In this document: positions 37,860 through 50,991 of the stretch, in pieces | How positions within the stretch are numbered: the stretch's first letter is position 1 | Layout: every line of letters begins with the position of its first letter | DNA from: Basidiobolus meristosporus CBS 931.73 | Taxonomy: Eukaryota > Fungi > Basidiobolomycota | Assembly (NCBI GenBank): GCA_002104905.1 | Contig: MCFE01000275.1 | Coordinates: 1-64,000, forward strand | DNA length: 64,000 bases | Direction: 5' to 3' | The notes under the pieces: model-generated | Told to the model about the DNA's origin: nothing | Databases searched by the model: none | The model's input: the letters and a program-made list of their open reading frames with translations, nothing else | Program-made: the position numbers and the translations under genes

Positions 37860-40800
37860 TAATGAGGGCTTTGAGGATGTTCAACTGCTAAGAAAATGTA
37901 TCTGAGACAAAAATTCTTTACTACAAAGATGCAAGCAGGAGATGAAATGAAAACTCTAATTAACAGAATTACCCTGCTGGTAGATGAGATGGAATCTGTG
38001 GGTGTACCAACTACTGATGAGGATGTGATAGTAACCTTCCTGAATAGCCTGACAGACAAGCTTCAGGGCCTTGTATCAGCCTTAGAGTCCAGAACCAAAG
38101 ATTTGACCTTAAATTAAGTATATGAAAGGCCCCTGGATGAAGAATTATGAAAAACAAGTGCTAATAAGAAAGAAGAAGAAAATGCTTTAATATGCAACAA
38201 TAACCAACAAAGGAGGTACCCAAGACCTTACAAAGGCAATAGCAACCTGTTTTGCAACTACAGCAAATGGAATGGACACACATCAGACCAATGTCACAAA
38301 AGAGAGATAATCAGCAAAAGAAGCCTGAATATGGAAATACTGGAACAACTGAAGATAGACTATTCATATCTGCACTAAATATGACAACAAACAAGGATTC
38401 TCAGACATGGTACACTGACTTTGGAGCATCTCAACACTTTACACACCAAAACAAACTTTTTCCCAATATCAAGAAATTCCAATCAAGAAGGTTTTCATGG
38501 GTGACACTAGAACACTTGATGCAGTGGGAGGTGGGACTATCCAAGATAGTCTTAGAAGTAGTGAAGGAAGCCACACACAGACCTTTATAGAAGTGCTCTA
38601 TGTACCAGAAATAGCCAAGAACCTACTACCTGTAAGCAAGACCACTGCAGAAGGACTCAGTTTCAGCTTTGACAGTTCTAGATGCACGATCACTGATCAA
38701 AATGGTGCCCATATTGCTTCAGGTATCAGAGATCAGAATCTATACAATTTGACTTATATTCCATCATATTTGGAAGCCAATATAAGTAACTTAAATGAAG
38801 TAACACCAAAGCTTTGGCACAGAAGATTCAGGCACATCAATTTTGATTATTTGGGCAAAATGATCATAGATCAGCTAATTTCCAGAGTAAAAGTTGATCC
38901 CCCAGCTAATTTGGAGCACTGTGAAGCCTGCATATATGGAAAACAAGCCAGACAACTCTTCACAAGCTCTGGGCTAATCAAAACTAAGAAAAAATTAGAT
39001 CTAACTCACTCAGATTTGTGTGGACCTATGCTAAATTTATCCTTAGGCAGGATGAAGTGTTTAATCACTTTTATTGATGATTATACAAGATACACGTGAG
39101 TCTTCTTCATGGAGAGAAAGGAAGAAGCTTTGTCTAAGCTCAGAGAGTTTAAAGCCATGGTGGCAAGAGATATTGGAGAGAAAACCTAGAAAAGATACTC
39201 TGACAATGGTGGAGAATATACCTCAGAACTCTTCATCCACTTCTGTAAAATTTGTGGGATAAAGCAGGAGACTACTGTACCATACTCCCCACTGAAAAAT
39301 AAAGTAGCAGAATGGGCCAAAGACCAATAATTGATATGGTACAATCCATGATCCATGATCAAAAATTGTCCTGTGATTATTGGGCAGAATCAGTTGCTAC
39401 AGCTGTATACCTTAAAAATAGGAGTTATAACAGAATACTTTGTGACTCTACACCATATGAAGTATGGTATGGATACAGACCAAGTACAGAACATCTAAGA
39501 ATATTTGGGTGTACAGCATATGCCAAGAAACTGCCCAGAAGTCAGCCAGAATTTGAGCCATAAAGTGTAAAATGCATATATTTGGGCTACTTCAATGGGA
39601 GTAAAGCATATGGACTCTGCAATCCAAAGTAAAGAAGCTAATCAAGTTTACCAACTATCAGAATTGAATCAGGGCAAAGCAATGATAATTCTTTCACTCC
39701 AGAGGACTCTACAACCATGATTCAGCTTGAAGCAGTGCCCAGGAATCCCCCAGAAGTGATCATTCCAGTATCAAATGCCTGGAGACCCAATTGGGCAAGA
39801 AATTGCTCAAATTATTATATCAATGAGGGTACAAACTTAGCCTATACCTATTCAGTCCATATTGATGAACCCCAGACTGTCAAAGAGGCCCTAAATAGCC
39901 CTCAGACAAAGTTTTGGAGATCTGCAATGACTGAGGAATATCAGGCCCTGATGGAAAATCAAACTTGGGACTTGGTCAAATTACCAATCAACCAAGAATC
40001 AATTGGATGCAGGTGGGTCTTCAAGACAAAATACAAGGCTGATGGTACAACTGAAAGATACAAAGCAAAACTTGTGGCCAAAGGATTCTCTCAAACAAAA
40101 GGACTTGAGTATACTGAGACCTTTGCACTGGTAGCCAAGTTTAATTCCATCAAATTAATATTGGCTATTACAGCTAAATATAAGCTTTTTATACATCAAA
40201 TGGATGTAAAAGCTGCATTTTTGAATGAAAAACTTGATGAGGACATGCATATAGACCAGCCTGATAGGTTGTTGACCAAGATAACCCCCATTTGGTCTGC
40301 AAGCTTAAAAAGTTTCTATATGATCTCAAACAATCACCAAGAACTTCAAAATGCAAGATAGACTCTTATTTGGAATCTTTGGGTTTCAAAAGGAGTAATG
40401 ATGACTATAGTATATACTATAAGCCAGATAGAACAAATCCAGTACTATGAGCTCTATATGTGGATGATCTTATTATAGCTGCCAACAACCTAGCAACATT
40501 GGAAGAGACTAAATCCAGCCTATCTAAAGAGTTCAAGAAGTCTAATCCAGGAGAACTCAGTTACTACTTAGGGATTAAGTTCTTCATAGACTAAAGTACC
40601 CAGACTATCACCCTAAGCCAATCCAAGTATACTCATGATATACTAAAGAAGTACCAAATGGAAGACTGTAAACTGGCAGCTACCCCAATGGAGACAAATC
40701 CTAACTTGGTCAAAACTCAACCAAATCAAGAGAGCTTTGTGCCATCTGAAATCCCTGACTTTCTTTATCAATCTATGGTCAGCAGTCTGTTGTATATCAT

Positions 40801-41798
40801 GCTTGGAGCATGTCCAGATATCTCATATTCAGTGGGAGTTGTCAGCCAACATAATCAGATCTATGGATCTGATTATATTGCAGCAGTTAAGCAAATTTTT
40901 AGATACCTCAAAGGAACTGCTGATATCTGCCTAGGATACACTTATAAGGATTCAGAACAGGTTCTTGTGGGATATACTGATGCTGATTGGGGATGAAACT
41001 GGGAAGATAGAAGATCCACCACAGGATATACCTTTCTTTACTGTAAAGGAGCAATTTCATGGAATTCAAGAGAGCAACTAACTGTAACACTTTATACCAC
41101 AGAGGCAGAGTACATGGCAGCCTGTGAAGCTACAAAAGATACAATGTGGATAAGAAAGCTTTTACAGACTTAGACATATGTCAAAAAATGCCTATTACCT
41201 GATTTCAAGATAGTCAAGAATATATACAATTAGGTACAAATCCAACTTTGCATGCAAGAACTAAGCACATTGATATTAGACATCATTTCATACATGCTGC
41301 TATAGAGAATAACTTAGTTAGCTTAGTTTACCATCCTTTGGATGAAATGATTGCAGACATATTTATCTAATCATCAGCTAGAGACAAGTTTGAATATCTT
41401 AGATCAAAATTAGGACTAGTTAGTATGAACAATTAGCTGAGTGGGAGTGTTGTAAAAGTTTGAAATTTTCCACCTGAAATACCCACCTGACTTACTCACT
41501 CAGATCATTACCTTCAAATCCTAGAGAATACTGACCAAATTCCTTGTTGGGATTTACTTGGAATATTTTCACCAAAATACCTGGTACCCAGAACATGAAA
41601 ATTCTCAAAGTTGTCCAAACAGCCCCAAACTTTGCACACATGTTCCTGGAGCCTTAGTAGTCTATTATTCATGCTTCTTACACCAAGACCATGTAAAAGT
41701 ATAAATACCACTTTTACATTCAATATATTATTAAGTGAAAACCACATAATCTACTTGTCCTCCCAATCACTTCCAATATCTCCAAGACTCTTACAGCA
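37860..41798 (+). mobile_element. Ty1/Copia family A element, 5' LTR missing, decayed gag-pol, PPT and 3' LTR (41448..41798)
   Basis: Motifs KLWHRRFRH, CEACIYGKQ, HSDLCGP, HQMDVKAAFL, YVDDL and LVGYTDADWG; PPT gagtgggag. Confidence 0.92.
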
Positions 41799-41799
41799 C

Positions 41800-42230
41800 T
41801 TATATTGGCTTCCAAATATGATGAATAACTGCTCAATATGTATAGATTCTGATCTTTGATACCCAAAACAATATGGACACCATTTTGATTAGTGATCCTG
41901 CGTCCAGAATTGTCAAAACAGAAACTGAGTCCTTCAGCTATGGCCTTGCTTATATATAGTGATTCTTGGCTATTTCTGGTCCAAGGAGCACTTCTTTGAC
42001 AGTAAGTGTATGGCTTCCTTTACTGCTTCTGAGGTTTACTTGTAAGGTTCCTTCTCCAAATGCATTAGGTGTTCAAATGTCACCCATGAAAACATTCTCA
42101 ATTGGAATTTCTTAATGTTGAGTAAAAAACATAGCCCCAATCTCCAGTCATATGTTTGCCCAATGCAATAGCTTTGCTGTAGCCAAGCTTGCACTTCCAT
42201 AAGAAAAAATGCCAGCAGAATACTATTACA
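41800..42230 (-). mobile_element. Copia protease-region fragment, opposite orientation
   Basis: The reverse complement aligns with about 38400..38750 (ccagaaatagccaagaa). Confidence 0.6.
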
Positions 42231-43449
42231 ATATCTGCTGAAATCCAACCTTCTCAACAATGATACTATTGATATCCAACCTACAAGCTTCATAGTAGAC
42301 TCAAAGACATGCTCTCCAGGTAAAGACTGGGCCAATGAGCAATCACACCAAATTTTGTAATCAGCTGCTAAATACTTCCACCAAAAATTGCAACTGAAAA
42401 CTTGAGGCAGGAAAACCAGCTGTATACTAGCTTACCATTCAATGAATTCTAACTTTGAGACTTGTCATAGGGTTAGCTCCACACACAGTCAGACCAGATG
42501 CTTGAAGTTACTCTATGACTTATTCATCTGCAAATAAATGGTAATATACACATCATCTTATTTGAAGTAAGATATATCTAGATTATTTTCTCAAGATGTA
42601 TTCCAAATTTCAATAATGCACACAACCATCAGCAGATCCTTTGATGGATCATAACAGCATTCAGCTGCTCCTATCAGCTTGCCCCAACTAAGCTGGCTCA
42701 ATATACCAGCCAATATCTGCTCACAGCAATACCCCACTTGCATTTCAAACAATGCCAATCCCTGACAGTTCAGTGGCAGAGGATAAAATGTAGAGGATGT
42801 TTGGGAGCCAATTGAGCCCATTGATCCATTGACATGTCCAAGGCCTACAACTGACAGGTATTCCTACTTCTAAGCCAAACCAAAGGCCCTAAGGACTCAT
42901 GCATTTCTTTCTGCAGCCTTATTGAGTCATTGAATAAGCTTGCACAAGATATGTGTGAAGTGGGAGTAAGTGGTAAATGCCTTGTGGTCACTACTTGACA
43001 TTAGTCCCTAGTTACCTGCATGTTGATGGTGGCAATGGAAGCTAGCAAGTGATTGGCATTATTTAGAGGAGTGGGCCATTTTTGGATTATGATTGATTGA
43101 GTTGAAATGGAGTGGCACTACTTTTGGGTCAACTTTGTTGGAGCAGCTATAAGAAAGCTCTGAGGAAAGCGCAGGAAGTTGCATTTACAATAAGGAGAAA
43201 TGTGGGCGGGATTGAATATTGTGGTTACTTCCGGTATTTGATGCAACGGCCCGAACCCAAAGTCCACGAATCACAACTCCACCCCGATGAAGGTACTCTA
43301 TCCGATTAAATGAATAATTAGACGTCCAGGCGACTATTTACAATACTGCAGACAATTAGATCACCACTCCTATTCCCATACATGACGAACCCCGGACATT
43401 AGCCAGGAATGATTATTTGTTTAGAATTGGCCCGGTTGGAAGTGTGACT

Positions 43450-44800
43450 ACTGCTTCAGGACCCTCAAGCCCCTGAAGCATATAAGTGCCCTATCCATGC
43501 ATGTGTTCCCGGCCTCCTTCAATGGGAGTTTGGCGATGCGTTTGTGTGCATTACTATGCAAGGTTCTGATCGGTGTGAGCACCATAACATCCTTCAAATG
43601 CTTTGGATTCAAAGTCAGCAGCAGGTGGGGACAACAAGGCGGTCTAGAGATATATGGGATGGGGGTTGGAGCGAGTAGGCTCGCCACGACGCATCAGCCA
43701 AACGGCTCGTGGGTGAGCGATATTGATTACATTGGCATTATTGCCAGAGGCATACATCATATTGATCAATCAATTACCAGGTGGAATCCCCAGTACCGCC
43801 AGGAATTTGGGAATGAGTGGGTTTTGCTCCACCACAGACGATCGGGGTGCACGATGCAGATGTAGAACTGACTGCCCATTGCAATCCCAACTGTGGGACT
43901 GTGTGATTCCACTCCTCGATAAGGGCAAATTACGGGGGCTTCGGATGGCTTAGACATATACCTTCGATCCCATGGTACAGTCACCTCTCCTAAGTGGAAC
44001 GAAGTTAGTTTCATGCTGTCACCAGGTACCTACTGGCAAAATCGGGGATGCGACCGTTGTAGGATGTGCGATTGCGGCATTCTTGGTCACCAGGGGCGAC
44101 GAAGAAACGATGAGATGGCAAACCACCGAAAATTACCGAGCACGCCATTGGCCGGTAGTAAAGGGTGTATAGGATTGATTTACTTGGGATGGATGGCCAG
44201 AGGAGGCCCAAGGGAATCCGAACTGACGGGATCATGATGTCGATGTAAGTGGGCAGTGAACCTCTCAAGCGCAGCCAGTACAAGCCGGCATTCATGAAGA
44301 ATGGATCGAGGTTTCGGATGACTTTGCAACCATTAATGGGATCTTGCCAATCCAGTCGCTCCAACCTCCTTCCCACCTCGCGTATGCTCCCGGAGGCATT
44401 CCCGCAATCGGTATTCATCAGGGATTTTCCAAGCTGCCCATTGGCGATGTCGAAGAATAGGGTTGGTGCATACAGGTACTACTAGATATCACATCATCGA
44501 TGCATCAATGCGTCAATAAACAAGCCGCATGCCGATGCATGATACGTGCTCCCTTATTTACCAACAACGGCGGTCTGTAGTCGTCATCGAGCTGTGATTG
44601 ATTGCATTTGATAATGGAGGCTGGCTCCATGTAGCGGATGGGAGGGTGATGTGGGTGATTTGTTCGATCTGAACATTTCTCCGGGCTGTGGAAATGGCCA
44701 CATCCTGATTGAAGCTGGATAGCATGGAGGACACGCGCCTCACGCTGACAGGCCTGGATGGCACAGGGACATATGGATTTGTTCAAGTAGCCAATAGATT
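43450..44800 (-). CDS. Possible spliced gene of unknown function
   Basis: CpG-normal DNA with protein-like minus-strand frames (44558..44764, 44011..about 44480, 43766..44014) separated by GT..AG segments. No family recognised. Confidence 0.35.
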
Positions 44801-45160
44801 TGGTCGGGAATAAGCTCACTGCCGTCGACAAGAGAATGGCTTGACTGGTCTCATAGCCCGATGGCCGATTCCTACTGAGCACAATCATTCCGTTCCGTCT
44901 CGAACGAGAGTAGGCTTCACCGACCGAGATCGAGATAATCTACGCTGTTGGAACGCATGCTTTGGTTGCAGATTGCACATGATGCCTACACAACTACAGG
45001 TATCATCAGCCATCTATCCTAAGCTAGCATTTGACGTACTACGGCCAAATCGGTCCGCATGGATGACTTCATGCCGTACCTGTCATCCATAAATATGCGA
45101 GTAGGTGGGTGGGTGCGAAGAGGGCAATTGCCGACATTCACGAATTCCATTAGCCCAGAG

Positions 45161-45931
45161 ATGTCAGTTGCAGTAGTGCAGGGGGCCAGCAGAGGATTAG
45201 GACTGGCGCTGGCCAAGACCCTTCTTTCCAGAACGCAGCTCAGTGTAGTAGCTACCTGTCGTCAGCCCGAGTCATCCGAAGCAGCCATGCTGCGGTACAT
45301 AGGGGACCAGACGTTGTCCAAACGGCTAACCATCCTTCCACTTGATGTGACCGACGAAGCAACGATTAGGGCGGCTGCCAAGCAAGTCCAATACACCTAT
45401 GGCGACAAGCCAGTCAAACTTTTCTTGAATGTTGCAGGGATTCTTCACGCAGAAAAGGCGATCGAGCAAATGGATATGCATGCGGCATTGGAGACATTCC
45501 AAATCAATACTCTAGGCCCCATGGCGTCGGCCAAGCACTTTGTCCCGCTGCTGTGTCAAGACGCAAATCCAGAAGATCCTTTTCTTGGAGAGTTCTCCGT
45601 ATTCGCCTCGATTTCGGCACGTGTCGGGTCGATAGGGGATAACAGGTTGGGTGGTTGGTACTCTTACAGATGCAGCAAGGCTGCTGTAAACCAATTCACC
45701 AGGACTCTGTCCCGGGAGTTCAACAACCGGAAGCGGAAATCACTTGCCGTCAGTCTTCACCCTGGCACCGTGGATACAGGCCTCTCGGCACCATTCCAGG
45801 CCAACATCGCAAAAAGCAGCCTCTTCACGCCCGACGTGGCAGCAAATCACCTCTTTCAAGTGCTGCAACAATTGAGCGCCCGTCATAACGGCAGGTTCCT
45901 TGCCTGGGATGGTAAAGAGATCGAGTACTGA
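45161..45931 (+). CDS. Short-chain dehydrogenase/reductase, C-factor (CsgA)-like, intronless, 256 aa
   Basis: QGASRGLG, NVAG, SARVGSIGDNRLGGWYSYRCSK (YxxxK) and HPGTVDT. The likely ATG at 45161 immediately precedes the Rossmann fold. Confidence 0.92.
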   Translation: MSVAVVQGASRGLGLALAKTLLSRTQLSVVATCRQPESSEAAMLRYIGDQTLSKRLTILPLDVTDEATIRAAAKQVQYTYGDKPVKLFLNVAGILHAEKAIEQMDMHAALETFQINTLGPMASAKHFVPLLCQDANPEDPFLGEFSVFASISARVGSIGDNRLGGWYSYRCSKAAVNQFTRTLSREFNNRKRKSLAVSLHPGTVDTGLSAPFQANIAKSSLFTPDVAANHLFQVLQQLSARHNGRFLAWDGKEIEY

Positions 45932-48900
45932 TCGTGCCAAGCGATGATAACTACAGTCGGCCTCGTATTTCGATGGCCGTATACAACTAGGATAGGTGGA
46001 TCAGCAAGTACAAGATATCATACAGTTACCCAAAAAAGAGGACGATCCAATCATGGAGCATGAGCCATAGACTAACCCCCTCTATTTACAGCCGTTTTTG
46101 TGGCCTTTTTTGTTCGAATGATCATTCCGGTGTCGGTGTCGGTGTCCCCATGGTTTTGGGCCAAGCAATTGCTAAGGCAATGCCCTTCATTAGAATGTGT
46201 AAGGTTAGCTTCACGGGCTGTCGTGGAGGCAGTAATGATCAGCGGTATACTGCGTGCCTGTGTTGCGCCTTAGCGGTATTGAGGCTCGCCCTTATTTGTG
46301 CTAATAAATTGAGTATACGAAGTGCAGCCGTCCATCCCTCTTGACCCATCATTGCACGCCCTGTCCCAAAAAAAGCAAACAAAGCAGTAACAGGGTGCCT
46401 CGGCATGTTGCCTGGCCGCCTGCACACATTGAATTCACTGGATGCATGAGTAGCCCATAACCAATCAGGTCCAGCCCATCGCCCACTCAAAGGATGTGTA
46501 ACGTGTGTTGTGGCCTGATGCCTAGCGTCGGACCGAATCACATCTGGCGATGTTCGCACCAACAGGTGTAGTGCGTTTGGGAATCTCACAGATCATGGAC
46601 TCCCAAATCGCTCCAATGGACCGATCTATTAATAGCAATGGTGAGCCTGGTGCGTTTGGGTTACCTAGGTTACAACCATGGGTGGGAGGGGTCTCTGTAG
46701 GTAAAATCCTTGATCGGAGTCATGCTCATCTGGCGTATTGGGTGCAGGAACTTTCCACAATCGAGCTAAAATAGAGTTAGAGATGCTCAAACATCGTGGT
46801 CACCAGCATGTCTGAGCTCGGCTTATACTGGTTTAATATGACCAGATGTAGTGTCTCGCAGGAGAACCCAGGAATAGTGCAATGACCTTGATGTCTCATT
46901 TGGCCATGGGATTGAGATTGAAGTCAGACCACGAGGCAAGTCATATTAACACAATCTTGGCGATGCTAAGGCATAATGCAGTGGCCCTCGATTCTTTTGT
47001 TGGTGTGTGCGGCTCAAATTAAAGGCTGGGCTTTGTCTCAGGGTCAAAATATGCCAGAGTTGCTAATAGCCGATTTGAAACCCTCCTCGTATCAGCTACA
47101 TCATAGTATTAACAAGGTTGCCGCGCTATAACTAAATAAACCCTAGGCCATTGGATAGGCCACTTCGGACTGGTGATTGGTGAGGATCTTGGCTATTATG
47201 TGTACACCCCTTTGTCTTGCGTATCATCCACTTCTCGCTGTGGATGCAATCCCATATTGATACCCATCTCCGCCCAGCATGAACAATAGGCTTGAGTTTC
47301 CATGGAAGCACGGCATTCTGGTCCAAAGTCAGTGAAGTGGCCTGGCCAAATCTTCACACGGTAACCTTTGTCATAGTTGTGAATGTGTGCATGTTTCTTT
47401 CTGCACTTTACAAAGCTAATGTGTGACACCCATTGTATTCTGGACAAGTTCATATTAAATATCTAGACTGGTATCCATTCAATTTATTGCTAGGGGTTGT
47501 CATTGGTTCTCTACCACTGATAAAGGTTTTTGGTCCCGTCCTACATAACAAAGAATCATCTTCATAAAGGAGGGAACTTGTTTGAAGGGCCATTTTAATC
47601 GCAGCAAGGGCTGTACTACCCACTTTCGATTCTCCTATTCAGTCCACGTTCCTCTCCAATTTAGAAATCCGAACCCCCAATATGTATGGAAACCATTACT
47701 TCCCGATAATTATTCAGCAAGGGAAGCTTTATATCGATGCTTTAGGAAATCCCATCGTATTACGGTGCAAGTAGGAGAAATACCTGCAGTATGAGTGCAG
47801 CCTGGTATGCTATAAATACCTCCTGACGGGCCTGTCGCTGTTGGCTTAACCATCCTCTCCAACCTCATCATAAAATTCATTCGCATCACCTTAGGCCATT
47901 CCAGAACAGAATGCTTTGTATCTATCGACTCTTTACGTTCAAACGCCATTCTAAATCAGGCTCTAAACAGAATGCTGGTTATACCTGTTTGCACAGCCTG
48001 GATTACGAGACCTACTCGACAGAGATTGCCAGGCAGGAACTAGAGACATTCATAGCCTCTCCCGCGGTCGATGCGTACCCTGATGAACAGAAAATCGAGT
48101 TTGTGAGACTAGCCGAGCTTCTTGATCAAAGTTATCAACAATTCTTCGCTGACACCACCCACATCCTCAGCTGTTAACCTCTCGAGCCCGCTAAGCGAAG
48201 TCCACTCCTAAATAAGCCACATCTCCTCATGCAAAACCTTTGTAGTTAAAGCAATGTATATCATACAAATCACTTTCCTTTCGGTGGATGATAACCCAAG
48301 CCAGCTCCACTTATTCTTACGTCGTGTATATAGCCAGCCAACGATACCTCTGTGTTTATTATTGATATATAAATCCCTATAGAACTGTTGCTTGACTTCA
48401 AGCCTTGCAAATACCACTGAAATAAATTCTCAACCTTCACCATGAACCACGATTTACCTGGACGTGCCTTCGATTGATCCCCTTATGCTGTTCATCTGCG
48501 TCAAGAGCGGATTACTCATTTCCAGCATCCCTTGGATGGGTCCCAGTCCTCCTATTCCACCATCTCCGGTGCCCAATGTGCGTGAGCATGTGTGTTGAAT
48601 TCGGACAATTGATCCTGCATTTGAATTCGGAGGTTTAGCGTGTAACACATGCCATGCGCTAGCACTCCCCACTCGGTATTGATGATAGAACTTCTACAGT
48701 AAGGTTTGGTTCCATAATATGAAATTCTGGAATGAGTGGAGGTTGAACAACGTGACCCGGGAACTCCGATTTCGAGGTTTCATGATGAAACACGGTTTCC
48801 TTAATCATCATCCAACCAAAGATCTCGGAGACAGTGATTTGGGGTATGCTCTATATAGGTGATCTGAGGGTTCCCTGATTATATTGGAGCTTGCATCCCT

Positions 48901-50307
48901 AAATTGCATATATGTGGACAGATGAAGCTTGCCAATCTAATTGTGGAATATAATCTTTGCGGAGCTGATGGATCATCAAGGGCCGACGTGACTGATCCCA
49001 CCCATGGCCCATCTACGGAGTGGTTCAACACTAGCGTGCGCTGGAAGGAGGTCCAGCCTTGCAAAAGGTGCGACAGTTGATTTACTCTAGGTGCAATCTG
49101 GCAGGCGAGTCAGATTATGTTAGCTAGATTCCAGAATTTTGATCCAAGCATAGGAAACTTCGATGGGACAATCGGCTAGATTTCGCAACGCGGTGCGTAC
49201 AGGCTATAATACACATTATTTACTGTTCTGGCAAAAATCAAGGCTGGCATGTACGATATTCCGTTGTGTGGGCCAGAACCCATTTGCCATGGAGTTTGTC
49301 GTTTGAGGAAAACCCGGACATTTGCTGACTTGACAAGGCGACGTGCAGCTGCCGAAGCCTGATCACAGATAGGGTGACTTCTAAACAGCTTTGGAGATTC
49401 TGAGCATTTAAGTGCTGTGTAAGCATTAAAACCCGGTTGTTGTTTGAAAAATCATGCGATTGTATTATACTACATAAAAATCTGTAAAGCTCACCGCTTG
49501 GTGACGCGCTGGTTTTTAATCTATCTAAGAAACACTGGCAACTCTGCATAGCGTGATGGTCAAGTGCTCTGGATTCTTCCCATCACATGAACCGAACCTG
49601 TCATTGTCAAGTTTGCAAAGGCTTTGCTTCTTACTGGGAGATAAATTCAACATTTACAATTTCCATTTGCAGGGGCGTATTATATATAGGTGCTCAAAAG
49701 CCGGATTCTTCTCTGTAGATGATATGATGGTGGAGAATCCAGTATTTCTCACCAAGCTTGAACAGTATTTGAACGTCAAAAAAATAGTGAGATAACTGCT
49801 GTACAACCTCTGCGTTCGAGATAATCTAGACTTTACAGAGAGCTGAGTGCTACCAAATACTTTTGAATCAAGGCGTTACTTCCGAGGCGAATATATAGTA
49901 GTATTTCCACATGTATGTTGTGTATAAAGGTTAATTAGTCTCCAAGATGTGTATTTATCCTCTAATGCATTCAAGCTGGACAAAGCTACCCAATTTGTAT
50001 CCCGCAGTGGCACCAATACAATTGCATGATCCATTGTTGATAAAGCTGCAGCAACCACGGTAATTCTGGAGCCCGGCCCAGTATCGTGGATGTATTAGCC
50101 ACTAATAAACTAGATTCTAAATAGATAACTGTTGGGTCTACACTGTCATTAGGATGGTACTCTCCATGTATTTCTTGTCTGCATGGTCAGGCGACGGAAT
50201 GTGGCCCATGGGGAAACTTAGTGCAATATGGTGCACTATCAATGAAGATGTGAAAGAGCATTGCTCAAAGTGGTGATTTGTATACACCATCTGATGTGTT
50301 GATGGCA

Positions 50308-50991
50308 AAACATGTAAATTTTGTAATTACACCTAAGTATTCCATTAGCTTGGTCACTTGGATTGTAGTGTATGAATCTTGGAATGTCTTGCATAAACTC
50401 TCAGTTGGGATTTACTTGTAATATTTTACTAAAATATTAGGTACCCCTTGTTGTAAAAATTCGGAATTCCACCTAAATATTCACCTAACTTAGTCACTTA
50501 GATCATTACCTTCAAATCCTAGAGAATACTGACCAAATTCCTTGTCGGGATTTACTTAGAATATTTACCCAGAACATGAAAATCAGATAAGTTGTCCAAA
50601 CAGCTCCAAACTTTGCACACATGTTCTTGGGACCTTCCTTAACCTATTCTACGTGTTTGTAATGCCAAGACCATGTAAAAGTATAAATACTACTCTTACA
50701 TTCAATAAATCATTAAGTGAAAACCACATAATCTACTTGTCCTCCCAATCACTTCCAATATCTCCAAGACTCTTACAACACCCCTAACATGAAAACTTGC
50801 TAAATTTTCCAGAGGCCCCTAATCCTGCATACATGCACTTGGGATCTCTCTCAGCTTGTTTTACATGCTTGGTTTGCCAAAACTATTCAAAAGTATCAAT
50901 AATACTTTACACTCAATAGACTATTGAGTGAAACTCACAAAATTTGTTTGCTCTGCCAATCACTCCCAATACCTCTAAAGCTCTTACAACA
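50308..50991 (+). repeat. Old solo LTR related to family A, interrupted by a younger solo LTR
   Basis: The flanks rejoin as gggatttacttgtaatattttactaaaatattaggtacccct|aacatgaaaac and align to 41448..41798; ends in ctcttacaaca. Confidence 0.7.
50449..50780 (+). repeat. Solo LTR family A, 332 bp, TSD CCCCT
   Basis: TGTTG...CAACA; CCCCT at 50444-50448 and 50781-50785. Confidence 0.95.

Noticed and set aside
44000-44035. VPGDSM as a peptidase S24/S26 catalytic motif
   Set aside because: It is a short match that depends on an unverified splice, and no downstream catalytic Lys motif was seen.
44740-44820. LLEQIHMSLCHPG as an integrase zinc-binding motif
   Set aside because: The frame stops immediately, no CxxC or core domain follows, and the DNA is CpG-normal.
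45059-45160. 34-aa N-terminal extension of the SDR in the ORF track
   Set aside because: The TTG start and non-homologous-looking sequence are less plausible than the ATG at 45161 just before the Rossmann motif.
47520-49800. Short ORFs (47911..48177, 49238..49549, 49553..49795) as genes or pseudogenes
   Set aside because: Some look protein-like, but I found no recognisable motif or consistent exon chain.
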